Source: Octopus sinensis
Lineage: Eukaryota
Reading direction: 5' to 3'
DNA: 64,000 bases
Assembly: GCF_006345805.1 (NCBI RefSeq)
Contig: NC_043011.1
Location: 7,812,001 to 7,876,000 of the forward strand
Within the stretch, counting starts at the first letter, position 1. Each line of letters begins with the position of its first letter. The notes below the pieces were generated by a model. The model was given only the letters and a program-made list of their open reading frames with translations. It was not told where the DNA came from and did no database searches. Of the stretch, positions 25,821-39,020 are shown piece by piece. The position numbers and the translations under genes are program-made.

Positions 25821-26063
25821 GGTACTACTTAAGAACAGTGGTCCCGATGCGCGCACTCGCGTAGTCACGCATCCGCGCTAGCTAGTCATGACTAGTCGAT
25901 CCTTACTTTGTGTTTTATTTACTTTGTGTAAAAAAAATTATTTATTTTGTGTTTTATTTACTTTGCTAGGTAGTCGTTGTAGGATCGACTAGTCACGACT
26001 AGCTAGCGTGGATGCGCGACTACGCGAGTGCGCGCACCGGGACCACTGTTCTCAAGTAGTACC
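25821..26063. mobile_element. Mutator-like (MULE) MITE
   Basis: 83-bp TIRs (5 mismatches), GG...CC ends, perfect 9-bp TSD CATCTTATC (25812-20 and 26064-72). Confidence 0.88.
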
Positions 26064-26245
26064 CATCTTATCCAATGTGTCCTCCCGTAGTGTTAGCGTG
26101 TGACGTTGAGAGAGATTTGGCTGTTATTTCCAGCAAATCGTAGAGAGAGAGAGTGGTGGCGTGTTGACGATCTGAACGACAGCTTATACAAAACTTATTA
26201 GACCCCCTCCTTTTCCTTGCTTCCAATCGGCGTTTTATCAGCTTG

Positions 26246-26635
26246 TGGAGGCGCAATGGCCCAGTGGTTAGGGCAGCGGACTCGTGGTCATAGGATCGCG
26301 GTTTCGATTCCCAGACCAGGCGTTGTGAGTGTTTATTGAGCGAAAACACCTAAAAGCTCCACGAGGCTCCGGCAGGGGGTGGTCGTGATCCCTGCTGTAC
26401 TCTTTCACCACAACTTTCTCTCACTCTTACTTCCTGTTTCTGTTGTACCTGTATTTCAAGGGGCCGGCCTTGTCACTCTCTGTGTCACGCTGAATATCCC
26501 CGAGAACTACGTTAAGGGTGCACGTGTCTGTGAAGTGCTCAGCCACTTACACGTTAATTTCACGAGCAGGCTGCTCCATTGATTCGGATCAACCGGAACC
26601 CTCGTCGTCGTAACCGACGGAGTGCTTCCACTTAT
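26246..26635 (+). mobile_element. SINE family D, full length
   Basis: tRNA-like head; tail CCTCGTCGTCGTAACCGACGGAGTGCTTCCA. Confidence 0.88.
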
Positions 26636-26934
26636 CAGCTTTTCATATGAATGTGTGTGTGATGGGCAGCATGAACAACGGTCGTCCATTTCACAACCCC
26701 CTCAAAAAAAAATTAATCAAAAAAAATCTGTGTCTGAGATTGAAAAGATCCGTTTATTCTTTTATTTGTTTCAGTCATTTGACCGCGGCCATGCTGGAGC
26801 ACTGCCTCGACACCCCCCCCCCCAGGACCTTTTTTTTTTTAAAGCTTAGTCCTTATTCTATCGGGTCTCTTTTGCCGAACCACTTCTTGCCACACCCACA
26901 TCTGTAAATTATAATGTGCGATTTTATTCTCTCT

Positions 26935-27335
26935 CTTTACTCTTTTACTTGTTTCAGTCATTTGACTGCGGCCATGCTGGAGCACCGCCTTTAGTCGAAC
27001 AAATTGACCCCGGGACTTATTCTTTGTAAGCCCAGTACTTATTCTATCGGTCTCTTTTGCCGAACTACTAAGTGACGGGGACGTAAACACACCAGCATCG
27101 GTTGTCAAGCAATGCTAGGGGGACAAACACAGACACAAACACACACGCATATACATATATATACATATATACGACGGGCTTCTTTCAGTTTCCGTCTACC
27201 AAATCCACTCACAAGGCATTGGTCGGCCCGGGGCTATAGCAGAAGACACTTGCCCAGGATGCCACGCAGTGGGACTGAACCCGGAACCATGTGGTTGGTA
27301 AACAAGCTACTTACCACACAGCCACTCCTGCGTCT
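26935..27335 (-). mobile_element. SINE family A
   Basis: Full copy; a partial tail also lies at 26755-26880. Confidence 0.9.
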
Positions 27336-28009
27336 CTACAATGGACACAAAACCTGAAATGTGGATGGAGGGGGCTAGTCGATTATAGTGACCCCGTGTT
27401 TAACTGGTACTTATTTTATCAGTCCCACAAAGATGAAAGTCAAAGTTAGTCTCAGCAGAATTTGAACTCGAAACGTAAAGCGAGGAGAAACGCTGCAAAG
27501 CATTTCATTGAGTATGCAAATGTGGAATCAATTATTATATATATAAAGAACAAAAAAGTTTGAATGAATAAGAGTTTTAGGCTTGAAAAATATGTTACAA
27601 TTACATTTAAATACCATGAACGATAATTAAAGAAATTAAGCAATATTTTTAGTTTTTTTATTAAGTTTTTTATTAGTTTTTTTATTACATTACTTGTATA
27701 CAATGGTAACACCAATTAAAAAATTTCGTAGCATTACATGGTTGTGGAAAAACACAAAATCACACACACACATGCGTTTTATTTTATATTTGGAATAAAA
27801 CAGTGAAACCAAAAGAAAGCATTCGTCGTTTGCTGGAGTTTTACTGTGGCTGTTTTTATAAATAGACTCTTTCAGCTTAGCTTTGTTTCAGTGTTGTTAT
27901 CACTCACTGACTCATTATGAATTTAGCTCTTTAAAACGTGACACTGCCTATATGACTGCCTTTGCCAACTGCATTCAGTCGTTGTTGCAGGCATGGCTCT
28001 GGTCGGTAC

Positions 28010-28310
28010 AGACATAGCCATGAGGTTAAGTAGTTTGTTTTTCTATCATATGGTTCCAGGTTCAGTCCCACTGCATGGCACTTTGGGTAAGTGTCCTCTA
28101 CAATAGCCCTGGGTGGACCAAAGCAGTGGTTCTTGACCTTAGGGGGGGTCACACCGAAAAAAGGTAAAACATGAGTGAATTTTTAAAAATTTATATTTGA
28201 GTGAAGACCATCAAAGGCCACTTGGGGCCCTGGGAGCCGCAGTTGAAAACCGCTGAACAAAGACTTGTGAGTGAATCTGGTGGTTGGAAACTGAAAGAAG
28301 CTTATCATCA
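28010..28310 (+). mobile_element. Family-A SINE head interrupted by a hAT-like MITE (28124-28255)
   Basis: MITE termini CAGTGGTTCTTGAC / GTTGAAAACCGCTG; degenerate duplication accaaag / aacaaag. Confidence 0.7.
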
Positions 28311-28574
28311 TCATCATCATCCGTTTTCCCTGCTGGTATGGGTTGGACAGTTTGACAGGAGCTGCTTCAGCTCCCTGTCTGTTTTGACATGGTTTCTATA
28401 TCTGGATGCCCTCCCTAATGCCAATCACTTTACAGAGTGTAGTGGGTGTCTTTACACAGCACCAGCAGGGGTGCTTGTACATTCCACCAGTAAGGGTGCT
28501 TTTTAGGTGGCACCCCAGCACCCGTGAACTTGCAAGATTTGGAACGGTCAGCTGGAGAGGGATGCCAAGGACAT

Positions 28575-28865
28575 ACCTGCATGCAAAGTACCAGTTATGC
28601 ACTGGGGTCGATCTAATCGACTTAATCCGTTTGTCTGTCCTCTCTGTGTTTAGCCCCTTGTGGGTAGTAAAGAAATAGGTATTTCGTCTGCCGCTACATT
28701 CTGAGTTCAAATTCTGCCGAGGTCGACTTTGCTTCTCATCCTTTCAGGGTCGATAGATTAAGTACCAGTTACGCGCTGGGGTTGATCTAATCGGCTTAAT
28801 CCGTTTGTCAGTCCTTGTTTGTCCCTTCTGTGTTTAGCCCCTTGTGGGTAGTAAAGAAATAGGTA
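28575..28865 (+). mobile_element. SINE family B, tandem partial copies
   Basis: Consensus match; another copy at 25500-25685. Confidence 0.85.
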
Positions 28866-29955
28866 TTTATTGAAGAGTTTACCCTTATGCAGATCCTCAA
28901 ACTGGTGAAAGAGTTCAAGAAAATAGCAATCTGGGTGAACAAATACAAATATGGTAGTTGAGAGATAAGCTTATTATTGTAATTCTTCTTAATGTTTTTT
29001 TTTTGTTTGTTATTCTCTTCATTAGTTTGTCTGAAATTATTATTCTTGAGTTGTGTATACATCTGTTTATTTTTATGCTCCGGAGCGAAAATAAAATATA
29101 AGATATACTATAAATTAGTAATTAAGTTGGTTTGATTAATTGGCACCACTTTAACATGCAGTGTACCTGGCCATTTACACTATAGTTTGCAGTCTACCTG
29201 GCCATTTACACTTCAGCATTAGCCATAACTCTTGGTGGTTTGCTCTGACCGAGAAGACACATCAAGCTGGCTGAGTAAATACATGGTCATCTTTGCATGC
29301 AGGTATGCCCTCAGCATCCCTCTCCAGCTGACCGTTCCAAGTCTTGCGGGCTCACGGGTGCTGGGGTGCCACCTAAAAAGCACCCTTACTGGTGGAATGT
29401 ACATGCACCCCTGCTGGTGCTGTGTAAAGACACCCACTACACTCTGTAAAGGGTTGGCATTAGGGAGGGCATCCAGCTATAGAAACCATGTCAAAACAGA
29501 CAGGGAGCTGAAGCAGCTCCTGTCAAACTTTTTTAGACCATTGACTCCTTCATGGAATCCTTGACATCTCATCGACTCCCAGGCATGTATAAGAAAATAG
29601 ATAAATAATAATAATTAAGTAAGCTTATTAAATCTCAGAACGAGATGTAAACAGTAATCGCTCGACAATGTAAAGTATAATAGCCATGATGAGATGAGAT
29701 GAGAGAGAGAATAATTAAGTAGATGTGCATTTATCGTCTCCTTGAATAGTTTCATCAACCATTTTGGAGACCCCTGTTCTAAGCTTAAACTCCAACAATA
29801 ACCCTAACCTTAAAACCTAAACCTTAATCTAGCCCCTTACCTAATCCTAATCCAGATCAAGTCCTTTCACAGCTTGAACTATGGACACTGGAGGAGCTCC
29901 TGGTTATCTTTGTATTATTACAGCATAAACAATACTTATAAAGTAAAGGCTATTT

Positions 29956-30187
29956 CTTTCTTTCTTGACCACAGGGAGATAAACTTAGAGGGGACAAACA
30001 AGGACAGACAGAGGGATTAAGTTGATTTAATCAACCCCAGTGCGTAACTGGCACTTATATAATCAACCCCAAAAGGATGAAAGACAAAGTCGACCGTAGT
30101 GCAATTTGAACTCAGAATGTAATGGCGGATGAAATATTGCTAGGCATTTTGCCCGGCATGCTAACAATTCTGCCAGCTCATCGCCCT
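29956..30187 (-). mobile_element. SINE family B with 13-bp target-site duplication, inserted in a foldback MITE
   Basis: GTAAAGGCTATTT at 29943-55 and 30188-200. Confidence 0.85.
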
Positions 30188-30717
30188 GTAAAGGCTATTT
30201 GCCAACATAATGTGGCTGTCCTGGAAGGGACGAGTTTTATTATTGTTTAGCCCCAGGAAACATCGTTTCCCGCTGGCTATATGACACAATATGTATGTCC
30301 TTATATTTTTGAACAGGGAGTCCAGCACAAGACACAGATATTGTGTTGTATAGCCAGCTGGAAATGATGTTTCCTGGGGCTAAACAACAGTAACATTCAT
30401 CCCTTCCAGGACAGCCACATTATGTTGGCAAATAGCTTTTACTTTAGAGAACTTTCACTGAATATCTCTCTTTGAGAGCTTTAGAAATAATAAGGTTTAT
30501 AAAATATGTAATAAAATGGTAATTAAATCAATTTAATTAAACTAAGCGCTTTGTTTATAAAATATATAGTATGAAATGGTAATTAAACCAGTTTAATTAA
30601 TCTTAGTAATCATCAGTGTAAATGATGCTTGTAACTAAATTCATTGTTTAACTTGATAATTTGCTTTTAAGTAGTTATAATAGGAACGATAATAATAATA
30701 ATAATAATAAAACTGAA

Positions 30718-31090
30718 AGGTGTGGCTGTATGGTAAGAAGATTGCTTCCAACCACATGGTTCTGGGTTCAGTCCCACAGCATGGCACTTTGGGCAAGTGT
30801 CTTCTATTGTAGCCTTAGGCTGACCAAAGCCTTGTGAGTGGATTTAGTACAAGGAAACTGAAAGAAGCCTGTCATATATGTGTATATCTGTATGTGTCTT
30901 TGTGTCTGTGTCTGTTCCCCGACACTACTTGACAGCTGATGTTGGTGTGTTTACATCCCTCTAATGTAACAATTCGGCAAAAGGGACCAATAGAATAAGT
31001 GCCAGGCTTTAAAGAATTAAGTATTAGGGTGGATTCCTTTGACTAAAAGAACTCCTTTGAGGTAGTGCTCCAGCATGACCACAGTCTAAT
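30718..31090 (+). mobile_element. SINE family A, older copy
   Basis: Diverged consensus match. Confidence 0.8.
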
Positions 31091-31687
31091 GCTGTGGCAC
31101 ATAAGAAGCACCGTTGAAGCATGGTCGATGCCAGTGCCACCTGATTGGCCCCCTTGCTGGTGGCATGTGTAAAGCACCCACTACACTCACGGAGTGGTTG
31201 GCATTAGGAAGGGCATCCAGTAGAAACCCTGCCAGATCAGACTGGAGCCTGGTGCAGCCTCCTGGCTTCCCAGACCCTGGTCGAACCGTCCAACACATGC
31301 CAGCATGGAAAGTGCATGTTAAACGATGATGATGATCCATGCACTGGATTTGAATTCTCTGCCCTCCGTGCAGGAAGTACAAGATCTTACATTCTTAACA
31401 GTTAAGCACAGTCACTTTATATGTTTGATAAACAGGAAATTTGACATTCCTGAAGCACACTCCCGAAATACACCCCCCCACACATTCAATCAAAGAAAGA
31501 CTGCTCTTGGTGGCATGGAAAGAGCACCCTGTACACACTTTGAAGTGGTTGACATTAGGAAGGGCATCCATTTATAGAAACCTGGCCAGACACTGGAGCA
31601 CAAGGCAACTCTTGGATGTTATTATAATGTGGATCCTCGTCCACTTGTATGTTATTGCCGGCACTGTAATATTCTTGTCGTCATTGT

Positions 31688-32008
31688 GGAGGCGCAATGG
31701 CCCAGTAGTTAGGGCAGTGGACTCGCGGTCGTAGGATCGCGGTTTCGATTCCCAGACCGGGCGTTGTGAGTGTTTATTGAGCAAAAACACCTAAAGCTCC
31801 ACGAGGCTCCGGCAGGGGATGGTGGTGATCCCTGCTGTACTCTTTCACCACAACTTTCTCTCACTCTTACTTCCTGTTTCTGTTGTACCTGTTAAGGGTA
31901 CACGTGTCTGTGGAGTGCTCAGCCACTTACACGTTAATTTCACGAGCTGGCTGTTCCGTTGATCGGATCAACCGGAACCCTCGTCGTCGTAACCGACGGA
32001 GTGCTTCC
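31688..32008 (+). mobile_element. SINE family D, internal deletion
   Basis: Matches 26246-26635. Confidence 0.88.
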
Positions 32009-33329
32009 ATCCATTCTTGTCGTCACTATTATGTTGTGGCGGTATTCCACATCTAATCTTTGACTCGTCTACTGTGCTCTCACTGACAGCTTCACAAGAC
32101 ATTGACTTTGAAAAGTCTGCCTTGACGGTAGCTTGGACTCGTATACAACACGTGACTCACACTGACTCCAACTGAGAACTCGTACAAAGACTCTACTACC
32201 ATTGACCTGCTACAACAACTAAGATTAATTAAACTGGTTTAATTACCATTTCATACTATATATTTTATAAACAAAGCTCTAAGGTTAATTAAATTGATTT
32301 AATTACCATTTTATAAACATTCATCATCATCGTTGTTGTCATTTAATGTCCACTTTCCATGCTGGCATGGGTAGGATGGTTTGACTGAGGACTAGTGAGT
32401 CAGAAGGCTGCACCAGGCTCCAATCTGATCTGGCAGGGTTTCTACAGCTTGATGCCCTTCCTGACACCAACCACTCAGAGAGTGTAGTCAGTGGTTTTAT
32501 GTGCTACTGGCACGAGGGCTAGTCAAGCAGTTCTGGCAACGACCACGCTCAAAAGGTGTTTTTTATGTGCTACCTGCATGGGAGCCAGTCCGGCGGCCCC
32601 GGCATCAACCACGCGCGAATGTTGTTTTTCATGTGCCACTGGCACATGTGCAGTAAGGCGATGCTGGCAACGACCATGGTCGAATGTTGTTATTTCTGAA
32701 TCTCTCAAAGAGAGGTATTTAGTGACAGTTCTCTAAAGTAAAGGCTATTTACCAACATAATGTGGCTGCCCATAATTTTTCCAGCTGGCTATACAACACA
32801 ATATCTGTGTCTTGTGCTGGACTCCCTGTTTAAAAATATAAGGACTTGCCAGCTGGAAACGATATTTCTTGGGGCTAAACAACAGTAACAACCGTCCTGC
32901 CCAGGACAGCCACATTATATTGGCAAATAGCCTTTACAGGGCGATGAGCTGGTAGAATTGTTAGCACGCTTGGTGAAATGCCTAGCAGTATTTTGTCTGC
33001 CATTACATTCTGAGTTCAAATTCCGCCAAGGTCAACTTTATCTTTCATCCTTTTGGAGTCAATTAAATAAGTACCAGTTATGCACTGGGGTTGATGTAAT
33101 CATCTTGTTAGGGTTATAGAAGACAGTGTATAGAGTCAAAATTATTGAAAAGGTTGCAAGACACAACGAAAATTTTAGAAAAATAAGAAAGAAATGTGGA
33201 AATTTTACTGGTGAGTGTGTTACATTATAAGGCACAAAAAGAGAATGACTCTCCCCAGACACAACAGAATATTCTTCAACACACGAACTCACATAAAGAA
33301 TCTTAGAAACCAAATCCAAAAACGAAACA

Positions 33330-33595
33330 TGGATTAGTTGTAGTAAAGATTGTTTGCCAACATAGCATGGCAGTCCTGGTTTAGGACGAATGTTGCTGTA
33401 ATATAGCTCCAGGCGACATTGTCTCCAGCTGGCTATATGACACGATCTGTGTCCTTATAGATCGTATCGTATAGCCAGCTAGAGACGATGTCTCCTAGGG
33501 CTAAACCAGGACTGCTGTTATGTCGGCAAAAATCTTTACTACAAAGTACTGTTGCTGAATATCTCTCATTGTGAGATTTAAAAATAGTAACCTTC
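33330..33595. mobile_element. Foldback MITE family (representative copy)
   Basis: Long imperfect TIRs (gtaaagat..ttgccaacata..atggcagtcctgg); copies at 17560-17790, 30188-30490 and 32690-32935. Confidence 0.7.
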
Positions 33596-33624
33596 TAATA
33601 TGGATTAGTTGTTTGAATATATTA

Positions 33625-33922
33625 TGCACGGCCATCCGATCGTGGCTGTGCCAGCCTCGCCTGGCCTCCGTGCCGGTGGCACGTAAAAAACACCATCCAA
33701 GCGTGGCCGTTCGCCAGCCTCGTCTGGCACATGTGTCGGTGGCACATAAAAAGCACCCACTTCACTCACGGAGTGGTTGGCGTTAGGAAGGGCATCCAGC
33801 TGTAGAAACACTGCCAGATCTGACTGGGCCTGGTGCAGCCTTCTGGCTTCCCAGACCCCAGTTGAACCGTCCAGCCCATGCTAGCATGGAAAGCAGACGT
33901 TAAACGATGATGATGATGATGT
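33625..33922 (+). mobile_element. RTE 3'-UTR-only insertion (family C), representative copy
   Basis: GGCGTTAGGAAGGGCATCCAGCTGTAGAAAC...GCATGGAAAGC.GACGTTAAACGATGATGAT, same as the tail of the 40474-47254 LINE; other copies near 29365, 31100, 32320, 36985, 40042, 52250, 52705, 53735, 56860 and in the 59.6-63 kb array. Confidence 0.85.
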
Positions 33923-34259
33923 GATTGGATTTTTGATCCAATCCCTGCACAGCACAGGACTCAACAAATGTCCTAGCAATCGCATAGTAAGTATGTTGAC
34001 CAATCGCTACAGACTAAACTTGATAAGCCTATATAAATTCAAATGTTTTCAATATGCCGCAGTAGAAATTGGTCTTGCCACGAGGTATTTAGATGATGGT
34101 CATTAATTTCCCTTCCTTGCACCTGCATGCAGGCCTTCACTCCTCAGCCCCGATCATCACACCACACCGCACCACAGCCCTATCCTTTTCTAAAACTCTT
34201 CCAATGTAGTACATCGTTTATCTGTTTGTATTTCCCAGTGCACACTTCGTCTTTTGCAG

Positions 34260-34389
34260 GAAATATACAGCAGAAACTGCACTATTTTGAAACCCTGAAA
34301 TCTACAGACATTCACATAATCACTAAACGTAGCATTGACGCCAACCCCCAGTCACACCTTAAGTTTGTACACCTGAAAGGACTAGGCAG
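34260..34389 (+). CDS. ADAM17: ADAM17-like exon 2 (prodomain)
   Basis: ttttgcag| ... AG|GTAGGT; (G)NIQQKLHYFETLKSTDIHIITKRSIDANPQSHLKFVHLKGLG(R); resembles the ADAM17 prodomain start; 130 nt, phase 1 to 2. Confidence 0.92.
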
Positions 34390-35225
34390 GTAGGTTGCTA
34401 ATGTTCGTTAAGAACAATGTTATTTTTGTGTATTTCAAGGGTTGGGGGTTTATTCAGTGACAAGAGCTGATTAATTTTCTATTTCTAATTATAAATCCTC
34501 ATTGCTGGGGTCTGTTTGTGCTGTGGCTCAAAGAGTATTCTCTCCCCTTAACCTTACAATCAGGCATCTCTCTCACTCATTCTGTTGACTCAAACTTTAT
34601 GCATACTTGCTACTCTGTTAACCTACACTCAAACCTACACTCTCACTGACTTTATACTAAATTGAGCTTCACTCTCACTCACTCTTTTAATTCAAGCATC
34701 ACACTCACCCTGTTGAAACTGACATCAGTCTTATTCTGTCAACACAGATCTCTCACTCACTCTTAACTCAAACTTAAGTCTCACTCACTATTGATTCAAA
34801 CTTCACTCTCATTCCCTCTTGACTTAAATGTCAGTCTCTCTCACTCTACAGATGCAGACCTCACTTTCATTCACTGTATTGGCACAACCTCTCACTCACC
34901 CTTTTGGCACAGGCCTCGCTTCCACTCAATTGGCACAGACCTCACTCTAGTGACTCAAACCCATCCTCACTAACTATTAAATACAAACTTCAAATTATGT
35001 TTTAGTGATATTTAAGTGCTCCAGTCTGGTCATCACTATATTTGTATAGTTATGGTTTAAATTAAGGTTTTTGAGTGTTTTCCACAATTTTCTCTTGTAT
35101 TTTTTTGGTTAATTTGAAGAAATTCTCAGAATAAAGCAAGAATTGATAACATTATAGAGTTTTTTGTTTTTTGTTTTCTTTGTTTGATGTTTGCTTGTAT
35201 TTTTATTTTCATTATTTTTATCCAG

Positions 35226-35359
35226 GGACTTCAATTTTTATTTACGTTCCAAGCAGCAAGTTTTGACCTACGATTTCAAAGCCACTGTAGTCGATGCAGA
35301 TGGTCACGAAGCTTCGCTTTTTGTTGATAAGAATGCCTTTTATGAAGGAGCGCTACAAG
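35226..35359 (+). CDS. ADAM17: ADAM17-like exon 3 (prodomain)
   Basis: pyrimidine tract + tccag|; DFNFYLRSKQQVLTYDFKATVVDADGHEASLFVDKNAFYEGALQ; G|GTACGT; 134 nt, phase 2 to 1. Confidence 0.93.
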
Positions 35360-35392
35360 GTACGTCAGTAAGTTCATTCACATCACCACCAC

Positions 35393-35435
<43 letters not shown>

Positions 35436-35899
35436 GCCATTGTTTTAACGTTTTCTTTTCTGTATTTACGTGGTGCAGGTGAGAGAGTATTGTTGGAGCA
35501 GAGTTTTCTGTGGTCAGATGCCCTTCCTGATCCCTACTCTCCCTTATTTCCAAGCAAACTAATAACCCCACCATGACCACTACTGTCTAATGAACAATGA
35601 ACAGCCTGGATACAGTTACACAGAAAGACTGGAAACAAACGACACTCTGTGAACGAGTCTTTTGTTTATGAAAACCACTCAACGTGCTAAAGACTTGTCT
35701 GAAGTTGTCGTATGCTTTTGTCTGGACAGTGAGGCCATTGTTTACAATCAGTAAACACTCATGAGACGACGAAGGGAAAAAAGAAGTGTCACTCTCAATA
35801 AATAGAAGCCTACCAAAAGCTTTCAGGGTTGACTGTAGTCAAAGAATACATTTTACACTCAAATATCAGACTTACTCTCTAAAGAGAGGTCTCTCTCTG

Positions 35900-36585
35900 T
35901 CTTGACTCACACTTCATTCTCACTCACTTGTGACTCAGACTTCAGTCTCACTCGCTCTTGACTCACACTTCAGTCTCATTTGCTCTTGACTCACACTTCA
36001 GTCTCACTCACTCGTGACTCACACTTCAGTTTCACTTCGCCTTGACTCACACTTCAGTCACACTCCACCTCGACTCAGACTTCAGTCTCACTCCACTTCG
36101 ATTCAGATTTCAGTCTCACTCACTCTTGACTCAGATTTCAGTCTCACTCACTCTTGATTCAGACTTCAGTTTCACTCCGTCTTGACTCAGACTTCAGTCT
36201 CACTCACTCTTGACTCAGACTTCAGTCTCACTCACTCTTGACTCAGACTGAAGTCTCACTCGCTCTTGACTCAGACTGAAGTCTCACTCTATCTTTACTC
36301 AGACTTCAGTCTCACTCACTCTTGACTCAGGCTTCAGTCTCACTCACTCTTGACTCAGGCCTCAGTCTCACTCACTCTTGACTCAGACTTCAGTCTCACT
36401 CACTCTTGACTCAGGCTTCAGTCTCACTCACTCTTGACTCAGACTTCAGTCTCACTCGCTCTTGACTCAGACTTCAGTCTCACTCTATCTTGACTCAGAC
36501 TTCAGTCTCACTCTCTCTTGACTCAGGCTTCAGTCTCACTCGCTCTTGACTCAGACTTCAGTCCCACTCGCTCTTTACTCTGACT
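35900..36585 (+). repeat. 28-bp minisatellite, about 24 units
   Basis: Unit CTTGACTCAGACTTCAGTCTCACTCACT; an eroded related tract lies at 34560-34970. Confidence 0.95.
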
Positions 36586-36752
36586 TATTTACTTTAGTTA
36601 CCTTGAACTCAAATCCCACCCTAATCACTCAAACCTTACTCTCTTACAATCAGCAAACACACAAAGGTGAGAAGAATACAAACTCTCTCTCTCTCAATGA
36701 ATTTACATGTTCTTAATGTTTGTTTTATTTCTCTCTTCTTCCATTTATGCAG

Positions 36753-36841
36753 ACGATGCTCAGTCACATGTTGAAGCTGTTTGGGAAGGTGAGGACTTAC
36801 TGGCCACCATAACCACACCTAATGACACCTATACGGTTGAG
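36753..36841 (+). CDS. ADAM17: ADAM17-like exon 4 (prodomain)
   Basis: tatgcag|; (D)DAQSHVEAVWEGEDLLATITTPNDTYTVE; GAG|GTGAGC; 89 nt, phase 1 to 0. Confidence 0.93.
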
Positions 36842-37740
36842 GTGAGCTGTTTGATATAACACTTTGATATTCTGGGTTCAGAAATAATGCAAAATTAAAC
36901 GGACCCCTTCTTTGTGTCAATGATGAAAACTCTTGATGTTCCCTTTACCTTGTCATCATCATCATCATCATGTGTTCATGTTCCATCATCATCATCATCG
37001 TTTAACGTCCGCTTTCCATGCTAGCATGGGTTGGACGGTTCAACCGGGGTCTGGGTAGCCAGAAGGCTGCACCAGGCTCCAGTCTGATCTGGCAGTGTTT
37101 CTACAGCTGGATGCCCTTCCTAGTGCCAACCACTTTGTGAGTGTAGTTGCTGCTTTTTACGTGCCACCTGCACAGGTGCCAGACGAGGCTGGCAAACAGC
37201 CACGATCGGATGGTGCTTTTTACGTGCCACCGGCACGGAGACCAGACGAAGCTGGCAACCATGTTGACGTATTTTTACTGGAACCGATGTTCCAAAGACA
37301 AGATTGATCTCCAAGTGTCTCCTTTGGTGTTGGGTTTTCCAGTTGGTTGCCTTTTCTAATGCCAACCACTTTACAACATGAACTGGGTGCTCTTTTCGTG
37401 TCACCTGCACTGTTGCTGGGGTCGCCATGCAGTTTACAGCCGGGCTATGAGCTACGGGTTGAATTATTGCATAAAGGGCGAAGGTAAAGAATATGTAATA
37501 AAAACCCTAACGCTTACCTCTGACCCTAAACACCAGGTGTGTGTATTCTTTACCTAAGCCACATAATGTGTTGAGTATTTTACTGCTATTTTTTTGCAGG
37601 TCAAGCAACTGTGAAGAGGTAACCTTTGTTAACTCGTTTGAAGGATTTAGGCATTTCTACTCATTGAACTATAGTGTGAAGGTCAGTTGGCCACATTTTG
37701 TTGTTGGTCAACGATGCTGTTGCAGAGACAGTATCTTAGG

Positions 37741-39020
37741 GCGGCAAGCTGGCAGAAACGTTAGCACGCCGGGCGAAATGCTTTGCGGTATTTCGTCTGC
37801 CGTTACATTCTGAGTTCAAATTCCGCCGAGGTCGACTTTGCCTTTCATCATTTCGGGGTCGATTAAATAAGTACCAGTTACGCACTGGGGTCGATATGAT
37901 CGACTTAATCCGTTTGTCTGTCCTTGTCTGTCCTCTCTGTGTTTAGCCCCTTGTGGGCAGTAAAAAAATAAGTATCTTAAGCACCTCTTCTGAGCCTGGG
38001 CTGTTTTCAGAAGAAAGGGCCCAACCCCTAGCACACTCCACTCATGGATGCATCACAAAAGAAAGACAGTGTGTTCACAGTACCCATGGAACCACATGGA
38101 ATGTCATGACTGTGCCAAGTGGAGGCACATGGCTTGGTGGTTGTGGTTTCAATTCCTGTACCGGGTGATGCGTTGTGTTCTTGAGTGAAACACTTCATTT
38201 CACTCAGCTGATAAAAATAAATGATCCTGTGATGGACTGCATCCCCATCCAGGAAGGGATATATATATATAACAGGCGCAGGAGTGGCTGTGTGGTAAGT
38301 AGCTTGCTAACCAACCACATGGTTCCGGGTTCAGTCCCACTGTGTGGCATCTTGGGCAAGTGTCTTCTGCTATAGCCCCGGGCCGACCAATGCCTTGTGA
38401 GTGGATTTGGTAGATGGAAACTGAAAGAAGCCTGTTGTATATATGTATATATATATGTATATGTGTGTGTTTGTGTGTCTGTGTTTGTACCCCTAGCATT
38501 GCTTGACAACCGATGCTGGTGTGTTTACGTCCCCGTCACTTAGCGATTCGGCAAAAGAGACCGATAGAATAAGTACTGGGCTTACAAAGCATGGCCGCAG
38601 TCAAATGACTGAAACAAGTAAAAGAGTAGAGAAATCAGGAAACTGACCCTGTGCCCCTTACGGAGTAATGTGGACAAACCATAATTTCACAGATCTGCCT
38701 TAGGGGTCCCTCCCATAGCCTTGTTAAAACACTCAGTAAATTTCCCCACAATGCAACAAAGGTTTATTATGATTGTAGGCATGGTTTGTACAGAGCCAGT
38801 CCCACTCTTTTGTCTTTCAAACTTGTAAGGGAGCGAGGTGGCAGAAACGGTAGCACGCCGGGCGAAATGCTACCGCCAAGGTCGACTTTGCCTTTCATCC
38901 TTTCGGGGTCGATAAATAAAGTACCAGTCACGCACTGGAGTCGATGTAATCGACTTAATCCCTAATCCCTTTGTCTGTCCTTGTTTGTCCCCTCTATGTT
39001 TAGCCCCTTGTAGGCAATAA
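37741..39020 (+). mobile_element. Family-B SINEs at 37741-37975 and 38832-39020
   Basis: Consensus matches. Confidence 0.85.
38274..38630 (+). mobile_element. SINE family A
   Basis: Full copy with an internal tail deletion. Confidence 0.9.

Noticed and set aside
35900-36585. Regular 28-bp repeats resembling a CRISPR array
   Set aside because: Units are contiguous with no unique spacers, there are no cas genes, and the context is a eukaryotic intron.
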